DNA of 24,000 nt, from positions 1,436-25,435 of the forward strand of contig CAZTVK010000025.1 in the NCBI GenBank assembly GCA_964617195.1, in the 5' to 3' direction. Positions 15,253-22,798 of this stretch are shown in pieces. A model generated the notes under the pieces. The model saw only the letters and a program-made list of their open reading frames with translations. It had not been told where the DNA came from and searched no databases. Source of the DNA: an uncultured Methanosarcinales archaeon. Its GTDB lineage: Archaea > Nanobdellota > Nanobdellia > Woesearchaeales > ARS49. The stretch's first letter is position 1. Every line of letters begins with the position of its first letter. The position numbers and the translations under genes are program-made.

Positions 15253-16287
15253 ATGAAATATGCATTATTGCTAATCTTGCTCGCAGGATGCGCGCAAACT
15301 CTCAACTTCACACAATGGGATGAAGGGCTGCCAAAAACAGGAGAATGGAGAACAAACCTGGCAGTAGGCGATGTGAATAACGACGGGCTTCTAGACATCG
15401 CAGGAATCGGCAGAAAAGGAACAGCCAGCGCATCAGTATGGCTGAACCAAGGCAACGGGAGCTGGGAGACTGCTGTTGACGGAATACAACAAAAAATGGA
15501 ATGCGGAGTAGGCATAGACTTTGGAGACGTCAACAACGACGGCAATCTGGACATCGCATACGGAAGGCACTGCGGAGGACCAACCATCTATCTAGGAGAC
15601 GGAAAAGGAAAATGGACAAACCACTCAACAGGATTACTGCCAGACAACGTCAACCCAATCGCGCTAGCAGACTTTGACAACGACGGACTGCTCGACGCAG
15701 CAACACTAGGAGCAGTCCTTGAAGGATTCACAATCTATCAAAACACAGGTGATACGTGGAAAGTAATGAATACAACTCTACCGGAAAAAACAGAATCATC
15801 CACATACCAAATAACAACTGGTGACATCAACACAGACGGAAAACAAGACATCATATCAGGAATCGGAATTTATCTGAACACAGATAAGTTCACATTCAAA
15901 AAAGATTTGGCGTTCACAGCTTCTTACATCGCGTACAAAGACAGCTTCATTGTAATAAGCGGACCAAAACAACTTCTTGTGTATAAACAAAAAAATGAAT
16001 TAGAGCCATACAGAAATCTAACTATTGCTTGTGAAAATGGAGGAGGAGTCGCCCTTGAAGACATAAATAATGATGAAAAAATAGACCTTGTCGCATCCTG
16101 CACCACAGGCATAAGAACATTCATAGGACCAAATTTTGACGAGATAAACAACAACATGCCAATAGCAGAAGCACGACCCCAAGGCCTGCAAATCGCAGAT
16201 GTCAACAATGATGGCAAGAAAGACATTATAGCAGCATTCGGACAAGAAGGAAGCATTGGCGGAATACAGGTATGGATACACACATGA
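15253..16287 (+). CDS. FG-GAP/VCBS-repeat (integrin-alpha-like beta-propeller) lipoprotein
   Basis: MKYALLLILLAGC|AQT is a lipobox signal. There are six Ca-loop repeats: GDVNNDGLLDIA, GDVNNDGNLDIA, ADFDNDGLLDAA, GDINTDGKQDII, EDINNDEKIDLV and ADVNNDGKKDII. Confidence 0.88.
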   Translation: MKYALLLILLAGCAQTLNFTQWDEGLPKTGEWRTNLAVGDVNNDGLLDIAGIGRKGTASASVWLNQGNGSWETAVDGIQQKMECGVGIDFGDVNNDGNLDIAYGRHCGGPTIYLGDGKGKWTNHSTGLLPDNVNPIALADFDNDGLLDAATLGAVLEGFTIYQNTGDTWKVMNTTLPEKTESSTYQITTGDINTDGKQDIISGIGIYLNTDKFTFKKDLAFTASYIAYKDSFIVISGPKQLLVYKQKNELEPYRNLTIACENGGGVALEDINNDEKIDLVASCTTGIRTFIGPNFDEINNNMPIAEARPQGLQIADVNNDGKKDIIAAFGQEGSIGGIQVWIHT

Positions 16288-16291
16288 AAAC

Positions 16292-16304
16292 GTTTATATA
16301 TAGG
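16292..16304 (+). promoter_or_regulatory. candidate TATA element for the 16365-22019 operon
   Basis: GTTTATATATAGG begins 73 nt upstream of the ATG. A GAGGTGG Shine-Dalgarno-like site lies at 16353-16359. Confidence 0.35.
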
Positions 16305-16364
16305 CAATTCAATAGTTGCATATAATTTGAATAGGAAAAGGGGAGTTATACAAGAGGTGGAACT

Positions 16365-18647
16365 ATGAGTCGAAAACAAATTTCTACAATATTTACAGCT
16401 ATACTATTATTGCTCAGTATGATTCCAGCTGTTATACCACACGGTATAATACTCGACCAAGGCACCCAAACAGCAGCACTCGTAGGAGACGTATTCGCAA
16501 TCGTTGATGAAGAAATATACGTACAATACCTAGGAGACGTGAATGCACGAATACACTACATATTCTACGACGATGAATGTGTAGAAGCCTCAAATGACGT
16601 AATAGACGTCACACCCTTACAAATAGTCCAAATCCCAGAACCAGTAGGTGAAGACAGAAAACTCGTAGTATTAGTAGAAGACACAACAGGAACAAGCCTT
16701 CTCAACCAGCCGCTCGCAGGAACAGTCTATGTCAACGGCAGAACAGCAGTCAAAAACATACCAGGACTCACAGCAACAAGCAACATCCAAGGTTCAACAA
16801 TATCAGCATCAGGAACCTTTAACGCAGACGGAGAAAGCTATGACGTATTCCCGCTAAACTTCATCCATTTGCCATTCCTAACAAACGGATCAAACTCGCC
16901 AAGCGTATTCAACAGCCTAGCGATAAACGTGTTCGACGCAACACCGCAACAAATAGGAACAATAGTATTCAATGATGCAGAAGACCCAGCGTCAAAAATA
17001 CTAAACGACGCGCTCTGCGCAGGACTTACAAACATTGCAATACCAGACCTGTTGTTCACAGACATCGGAGGATCAGGAATACAACAAGGAATCCCACCAG
17101 GAGTCCCTATTACTGACGCAGGAGTAGGAGCGATAATTTCGGACAGAACAGACGGAAGACTGCTAGTAGAATCAATTTTCTCTGACGGAGAAGACGCAGA
17201 CGCGCTATCAAACGTGTTCTACTTTGGAGACGGAGAATCAGCCTCTCTGTCATTCCTAACACTACCAGAACTACCAGGATCAGTGCCGCAAGGAATATTC
17301 ACGGGCAAAAACGAAAACTACCAAAACCCACGGCTTACAAGCGCACTGGCAAGCATAGGAATGCAAAAACCAATCGAGCCAGAAGGTCTAAACAACAACC
17401 AAGAACCATTGCCACCAAGCAACTTCAACGTAGACACAGTGTTCGCATTCTTCAACAACGGACCAGCAAGAACAGCAAAAGCAAGATTCGACTTCATATC
17501 ACTGGATCCAAACACATTCAATGAATGCAACCACAAAGACTTCAGCATAGAATTCACAGAAAGCGATGTTGAATACTTCCGAGTCAGCCAATTACTCGGA
17601 GTAAACTTACTGCCAGGAGACTCGCCAATAATCGGAGTCCTTACAGTATGGGACCCAGAAAAAGGAGAAACACTCGCAGGATACAGATGGGACGTCATAA
17701 TGGAAACACAACCAGCATGCAACGACGGAGTAGACAATGACAATGATGGAACAACTGATTTGGGAGACATTGACTGCATTGACGCAACAGACGACAGCGA
17801 AGATGACGCTCAGACCTTGACAGAAAGAGTAGACGAAATAAACGCAGTGCTAGACCAAGAAGTAATGCTGACACTAAACGCGAACTTCGAAAACGGAATC
17901 GCAAGCTTTGAAGCAGCAGAACACGCAACAACATACGTTCCAAGCCTCAACGTCTTCGACCCAGACGATTTCAACCTAGTGTACGTGAACTGGGACGCGC
18001 TTGACGACCCAGCAGCACTAGACCAAGTCTTAGACTTCCAAATAACAGACCAGTCAGAAAACACGAAATCAATACGAATACCAACAACAGAATGCATAAC
18101 ACTGCTTGACAAGCAAAGCTTCCCAGGACTATCAGACGGAAGCACGTTCGGAACAAACCCTGACGTTCTAAGCTACACAGGCAAGTTCGACCAGCCAAAC
18201 AGAGGACTCGCAGCATTCCTCTTATACAACAGAAACGGAATCTTCGCAACAGAAAACATAGATGCCATAGCAGACCTGGCATTCACCAACAACCACCACG
18301 ACGGAGAAATCTTTGCGGACATAAACGTCATGCCAGGCTCAGTCCCAGGACCAGGAGGAACATTCGTTGTTGAAGTAGGAATTACGCCATCAGTAACGCA
18401 AAACAATGTTAGCGTCACAGCAAGATGGTTTGCAGCAGTACCAGACGGAGCAGATCCGAGCAAGTTAGTCAGAGGACCGCTCATCTGCGAAGAAGAAGTA
18501 AACCATGACTTGGCAGCAGGAGAAGCCTTTGCTATCAAAGTTGCATGCCCGATTGACCCGCTAAGCATCGACGCCTTCCTAGAAGTTGAAAGCAGCCCAT
18601 TATCAGCAATGGGCCGGGTGTCGATATTCGTACCAAAAACAACATAG
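16365..18647 (+). CDS. large acidic secreted protein, unknown fold, with a Cys-flanked DNDNDG Ca-loop motif
   Basis: Signal peptide MSRKQISTIFTAILLLLSMIPAVIP, 760 aa, and very D/E/N/T-rich with few K/R. Contains CNDGVDNDNDGTTDLGDIDC at nt 17718-17776. No C-terminal anchor. Confidence 0.8.
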   Translation: MSRKQISTIFTAILLLLSMIPAVIPHGIILDQGTQTAALVGDVFAIVDEEIYVQYLGDVNARIHYIFYDDECVEASNDVIDVTPLQIVQIPEPVGEDRKLVVLVEDTTGTSLLNQPLAGTVYVNGRTAVKNIPGLTATSNIQGSTISASGTFNADGESYDVFPLNFIHLPFLTNGSNSPSVFNSLAINVFDATPQQIGTIVFNDAEDPASKILNDALCAGLTNIAIPDLLFTDIGGSGIQQGIPPGVPITDAGVGAIISDRTDGRLLVESIFSDGEDADALSNVFYFGDGESASLSFLTLPELPGSVPQGIFTGKNENYQNPRLTSALASIGMQKPIEPEGLNNNQEPLPPSNFNVDTVFAFFNNGPARTAKARFDFISLDPNTFNECNHKDFSIEFTESDVEYFRVSQLLGVNLLPGDSPIIGVLTVWDPEKGETLAGYRWDVIMETQPACNDGVDNDNDGTTDLGDIDCIDATDDSEDDAQTLTERVDEINAVLDQEVMLTLNANFENGIASFEAAEHATTYVPSLNVFDPDDFNLVYVNWDALDDPAALDQVLDFQITDQSENTKSIRIPTTECITLLDKQSFPGLSDGSTFGTNPDVLSYTGKFDQPNRGLAAFLLYNRNGIFATENIDAIADLAFTNNHHDGEIFADINVMPGSVPGPGGTFVVEVGITPSVTQNNVSVTARWFAAVPDGADPSKLVRGPLICEEEVNHDLAAGEAFAIKVACPIDPLSIDAFLEVESSPLSAMGRVSIFVPKTT

Positions 18648-18657
18648 GAGGGACTGA

Positions 18658-19707
18658 ATGAAGCCCTTTTTCTTTTTTCTTATCTTTTTGTTAGTCATAG
18701 GCAGCGCAAGCGCCACATTTCCAATAACGATAAACGGAAAAACAGTACCGAATTCAGCAAACACAGCAGACAAAACAGAAGCAGACCAAGCACAACTATT
18801 CTACCAAGGAAGAGTACAAGGATTCACACTCCCAACAGACCCTGACATTTCAAGCATAACAAGAGGAAGCATAGATTTCAAAAGAAACGGCAAAGCACCA
18901 CCAATCTCACAATTCTTCTTCTTTCCAATCGCAGCACCACTAAATGAGCCAACACAACAATCAGAAGGCCCAACCGGAGCGATAACTTACACAGTAGACG
19001 AAGGACCAGAAAAAGGACCAATAGTAGCGATGATACTCCTGATAACAATCATCACAGTATTCTTCGTGATAAGAATACAAGGAACCAAAATAAAAATAAT
19101 CCTTGCAGTAATCATACTCACAGCAGCATTATTTACCAGCGTAAAACTAACCAACACGCCAACAGCACTCCTAGTGCAAGAATATCCAGAATCCGTGCCG
19201 CAAGAAATAGCGCCAGCATCAGCGCACATCAACAACGCATTTACATTAACGTGGACGCATGGAGGACCAGTAACATTTTTCCCAGAAGGCGGAGCACCAG
19301 AATGCTCCGACGGAATAGACAATACAGACTTCGAAGACCTATTAGCAGACTGCGCAGACCCAGGATGCCATACAGACGGAAACGAAAGCAACCCGGGAAG
19401 CTGCGATCCAACAGACGACCTAGAACAAGACATGCTCGAATACGACCAAGCACCAGTCGTAGACAACCAAATAGACGTGTACGACACAGTCAACTGGGTA
19501 CAATACTTCAACGCAGACTCCAGCGTACTAGTCCACTGCACAGACACTGCCTGCAGCAACAACCCAGCAACAAACTGCGTAGGAGACGTCGACCCAAGCG
19601 GAGACTCAGCACTAACGGCAGCAGACCAAACATTCCTACAAACAAAACAACTAGCAGACACGGATAGCAGAACAGTAGCCGGAGGCTCAATCTGCTTCAA
19701 CACATGA
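18658..19707 (+). CDS. membrane protein with signal peptide, two central TM helices and a Cys-rich acidic C-terminal ectodomain
   Basis: GGAGG lies 6 nt upstream of the ATG. N-terminus is MKPFFFFLIFLLVIGSASA. TM helices are IVAMILLITIITVFFVI and IILAVIILTAALFTSV. Contains CSDGIDNTDFEDLLADCADPGC (nt 19303-19368) and a dockerin-like half-site DPSGDSALTAADQTFLQ. Confidence 0.75.
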   Translation: MKPFFFFLIFLLVIGSASATFPITINGKTVPNSANTADKTEADQAQLFYQGRVQGFTLPTDPDISSITRGSIDFKRNGKAPPISQFFFFPIAAPLNEPTQQSEGPTGAITYTVDEGPEKGPIVAMILLITIITVFFVIRIQGTKIKIILAVIILTAALFTSVKLTNTPTALLVQEYPESVPQEIAPASAHINNAFTLTWTHGGPVTFFPEGGAPECSDGIDNTDFEDLLADCADPGCHTDGNESNPGSCDPTDDLEQDMLEYDQAPVVDNQIDVYDTVNWVQYFNADSSVLVHCTDTACSNNPATNCVGDVDPSGDSALTAADQTFLQTKQLADTDSRTVAGGSICFNT

Positions 19708-22019
19708 AAACAATAACACTACTACTGATGCTGGCCCTAATCCTGCCTAGTGTCAGCGCCGCAATCACATTCTCACTAGCGCCAAGCACACAAGACGCAA
19801 ACCCAGGAGACACAGTAACAGTAGGACTATGGGCAAACAACGACCAAGCAATCTGGGGAACATCAGTCAAAGTAGACTTCAGCACAATCACTTACAGTTC
19901 AAGCACGTCAGGAACAGCAATCTCAGGAAGCCTCAATGGAGTATCACAAAATACGCCAACAAGAATCACACCATACGCGGTATTCGCAGGCAACACGCCA
20001 GGAATACCAGCAGGAAACAACAAATTGTTTGATTTGAAATTCACAATACCGCAAAACACGCAACCAGGACAATACCAGCTAACCCTAACACAACCAACAG
20101 CAAGCGACCAGAACGGAAATCCAGTGCAAGCGAGCTACGCAGGACCAGCAACAATAACACTACCAGGCCAACAGCCAGAGCCAACACCAGGAGAAACAGA
20201 GCTCTACCTCTCAGAAGTTTACGGACACATTGAAGAAATAGTGGACATACCAATATGCGTCACAAACACCCAGCCAGGAAAAACGCTCAAAAGCCTCAGC
20301 ATAAAAATCACAAACGACCAAAACATAGTCAGACCAACAGAAGTAGTCATAACACAAGGAAACGGAAACTACGAAGTACAGCCGGGAAGCACACAACTCA
20401 CAATTAACAACCTAAACATCCAAAACGCAGACTGCGAACAAGGAAGCGGAGCATATGTAGCATACCTACACTACCACCTACGAGCATTAGGAGTCAGCCC
20501 ATTACACTTCCAAAGCGCAAGCGCCACAGACCAAACAGCACAACCATTCAGCATACAAGCACTCGAAGCAGAAGACGGACAAATCACAGTAGGAACACCG
20601 CAAGTAACGAAACACTGCACGCCAAACCTCGGAATCATAGCCAAAGACCAAGCAGTCACGATCACATACAAAATATCAAACCCTGGAGAACCAACAACAA
20701 TATCAGACAACATCGGAGGAGTCTACAACGAAGACCTGTTTGACGACACAAACTTCAACCCAACAGTGCCACCAACAAACCTCCAAGCAGGAAGCACGCT
20801 CACGCACAGTTATTCCGGAGGCTCAGGCAAAATCGAAGTCGTCCAAACAGAAAGCCCACTGCCATTCCTAACCGGACCAGGAACGTTCAACATCTACTCA
20901 ATAATATACGATTCAATAGGAAGCATCCCAGTAGGAACGTACACTTTCAACTTCAACCCTCCACCACCACCAGCACTAGAAGTCAGCGACGAGTTCAGCA
21001 ACGACATGACAGCAGGCAAAGTCAGCTGCCAAGTTGAAGTCATCGAACAATGCAACGAAGACAGCGATTGCAATGACGGACAAGCATGCAATGGACAAGA
21101 AACCTGCGATGAAGGAGACTGCGTCCCAGGAACACCCCCAGACTGCAACGACGACAACCAATGCACCAATGACTTCTGCCAAGATCCAGGCGGATGCCAA
21201 CACACCCAAATACCAAACTGCGGCGGAGGACCAGGAGGAAAATCAGGCGGAGGAGGCACAAGCGGAGGCGGACAACAAACAGCATATGTCTGCGCGCAAT
21301 GCAATAACTCAGCATCCCCAGAATACGACAAGTGCTGCGGAATAAACCAAGACAACGCAGACAAATTCTGCAAAAAACCCACAGCATACAAACAATTCTG
21401 CGTATTATTCGGGCAATCAAAACCACCAGCAATAGAATTACCAGCCCAAAGAACAATCCCAGTACAACCAGAAGTGCAAACATCACAAGACACAACAGAA
21501 AGAAAAATCGAGCCACCAAAACAACACCTTATGGGAAAAGCAATTTCACAAGGAGAAACACAATCAGCCAAAGGACTAATGCCATGGATAATCGGAACAC
21601 TATTAGCCGTACTGCTTGTCATATTCGCAACTGCAGTAATGATAAGGCGCAGACCAGAACAAACTGAACAACAAGAATTACCAATACCAATCGGAATACG
21701 AACAGAAGAGCCAGAGCCACGTCAAGAGAGAATCAAAGAATTGACACGCGAAGAAATAGAATCAAAAATAAACAAAATAGCTCCAGAAGAAACACCTGAA
21801 ATCAAGGCAGAGCCGGCAATAATGAAAAAACCGGCAATTGACAAAAAACCAATTGCGTTGAAAAGACTGGCAGCAGTGAAACAACCAGAAAAGCCAAAAG
21901 CGCCAGCACAAAAAATATTCTACAAGCCAGTAACTCCAAAACCAATACAAGAAGTACCTCTAAACAAATACGAAGCAGAAGTCAGAAAGAAATTGGCAAA
22001 AGCAAGAAAGAAAAGATAA
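19704..22019 (+). CDS. membrane-anchored scaffoldin-like protein: two cohesin-like domains, Ig/CARDB-like domain, Cys-rich module, TM anchor, K/P/E-rich cytoplasmic tail
   Basis: The start overlaps the upstream stop (ATGA). Signal peptide is MKTITLLLMLALILPSVSA. Cohesin hallmarks are ANPGDTVTVGLWANNDQAIWGTSVKVDFSTITY and NKLFDLKFTIPQNTQPGQYQLTL. Cys-rich module is CNEDSDCNDGQACNGQETCDEGDCVPG...C, and the TM anchor is WIIGTLLAVLLVIFATAVMIRRR. Confidence 0.85.
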   Translation: MKTITLLLMLALILPSVSAAITFSLAPSTQDANPGDTVTVGLWANNDQAIWGTSVKVDFSTITYSSSTSGTAISGSLNGVSQNTPTRITPYAVFAGNTPGIPAGNNKLFDLKFTIPQNTQPGQYQLTLTQPTASDQNGNPVQASYAGPATITLPGQQPEPTPGETELYLSEVYGHIEEIVDIPICVTNTQPGKTLKSLSIKITNDQNIVRPTEVVITQGNGNYEVQPGSTQLTINNLNIQNADCEQGSGAYVAYLHYHLRALGVSPLHFQSASATDQTAQPFSIQALEAEDGQITVGTPQVTKHCTPNLGIIAKDQAVTITYKISNPGEPTTISDNIGGVYNEDLFDDTNFNPTVPPTNLQAGSTLTHSYSGGSGKIEVVQTESPLPFLTGPGTFNIYSIIYDSIGSIPVGTYTFNFNPPPPPALEVSDEFSNDMTAGKVSCQVEVIEQCNEDSDCNDGQACNGQETCDEGDCVPGTPPDCNDDNQCTNDFCQDPGGCQHTQIPNCGGGPGGKSGGGGTSGGGQQTAYVCAQCNNSASPEYDKCCGINQDNADKFCKKPTAYKQFCVLFGQSKPPAIELPAQRTIPVQPEVQTSQDTTERKIEPPKQHLMGKAISQGETQSAKGLMPWIIGTLLAVLLVIFATAVMIRRRPEQTEQQELPIPIGIRTEEPEPRQERIKELTREEIESKINKIAPEETPEIKAEPAIMKKPAIDKKPIALKRLAAVKQPEKPKAPAQKIFYKPVTPKPIQEVPLNKYEAEVRKKLAKARKKR
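19761..20162 (+). other. cohesin-like domain 1
   Basis: About aa 20-153, about 134 aa. The pattern PGDTVTV ... (I)WGTSVKVDF ... LFDLKFTI..PGQY.L.L ... G.ATITL aligns by eye to type-I cohesins (PGDTV.IPV ... GI...DF...YD ... F..I.F.V ... G.Y.I). Confidence 0.7.
20196..20591 (+). other. cohesin-like domain 2 (more divergent)
   Basis: About aa 165-296: LYLSEVYGHIEEIVDIPICVTNTQPGKTLKSLSIKITNDQNIVRP ... YVAYLHYHLRALGVSPLHF ... DGQITV. Same strand order and length as domain 1. Confidence 0.5.
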
Positions 22020-22037
22020 AGAAGATTCACTATAATT

Positions 22038-22337
22038 CTAACGAACCAATGCAGTTTGAACCATAGGAACGCCAACAAGAGAGTTACCTTGCTTGCACAA
22101 ACTCAACTGCGTGCCATACTCATTAGTGTACACGTGAATAGGATCTAACGGCTCAAGACCAGCATAAACGCAAGCCTCATCAGGAGCCAACTGAATTCTC
22201 TGAGGACCATAATACCAACGTCCGCCACCAGCAGCATAATACTGGCCAGTAAGCGTATCGCGAAGCTGAACAGTCAAACCGCCAATAGCAACAACTGCTA
22301 TAAAACCCAACAATACAAGACCGAGTTTATTCATCAT
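22038..22337 (-). CDS. small signal-anchored/secreted protein (99 aa), unknown function
   Basis: MMNKLGLVLLGFIAVVAIGGLTV is a hydrophobic N-terminus. Has two Cys and an ATG start. No family recognised. Confidence 0.55.
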   Translation of the reverse strand: MMNKLGLVLLGFIAVVAIGGLTVQLRDTLTGQYYAAGGGRWYYGPQRIQLAPDEACVYAGLEPLDPIHVYTNEYGTQLSLCKQGNSLVGVPMVQTALVR

Positions 22338-22384
22338 CTCTTTTCAAGACTGTAAAACGGTTTAGACTTATTTAAAGCTTGCGC

Positions 22385-22696
22385 TTACGGAAATTCAGTT
22401 CTGCCAACAGCCAAAGGAAGAACAATAAAATGATGCAATGCGTCAGATAGAAGAAGGGAAGTTCCAATAATCAATAACCAGTCATACTGCGCAAAATACC
22501 AGGCAAGCAAAACAACAATTCCGACGTATCCATGATGAATGCGCACAGGCATTTTCCAATCACGAGCACGAAGCTTGAAGGCGAAGCGACCAATGCACGT
22601 AATCACCTCGATAATGACCGTTAATATGACGAGTTCAAGAAGCACAGTATTTGACTCTGGCAAAGCAGTATATAAATCTAATTTCTCACTGGACAT
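22385..22696 (-). CDS. small integral membrane protein (about 103 aa, 3 TM), unknown function
   Basis: MSSEKLDLYTALPESNTVLLELVILTVIIEVITC...GYVGIVVLLAWYF...LLIIGTSLLLSDALHHF. The longer track ORF (to 22771) would read through non-coding-looking direct repeats in two different frames, so the ATG at 22696 is preferred. Confidence 0.55.
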   Translation of the reverse strand: MSSEKLDLYTALPESNTVLLELVILTVIIEVITCIGRFAFKLRARDWKMPVRIHHGYVGIVVLLAWYFAQYDWLLIIGTSLLLSDALHHFIVLPLAVGRTEFP

Positions 22697-22756
22697 TCCG
22701 TAAACTTTCCGGATTTTTATCGTCGACAAACACTGGACAAAAAAGCCACTGGACAA
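22687..22756. repeat. three direct copies of CACTGGACA(A) in a divergent promoter region
   Basis: Exact copies at 22687-22695, 22731-22740 and 22747-22756 (TTGTCCAGTG on the minus strand). They lie between the small membrane-protein gene and the LAGLIDADG gene. Confidence 0.7.
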
Positions 22757-22798
22757 TTGCTCACAGCACATAAAAAGGCGAGTTATTAAATTAAAAAT

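Noticed and set aside
18987-21622. Long minus-strand ORFs inside the surface operon (18987..19703, 238 aa; 20894..21622, 242 aa; 21040..21519)
   Set aside because: They are antisense to ORFs that have signal peptides, cohesin-like and Cys-rich modules and operon-style junctions. The A/C-rich coding strand simply depletes stop codons in the opposite frames.
22697-22771. 25-aa N-terminal extension of the small membrane protein (ORF-track start at 22771)
   Set aside because: The extension reads through two copies of the CACTGGACAA repeat in different frames and leaves only 27 bp for a divergent promoter. The internal ATG at 22696 is preferred, though this remains uncertain.
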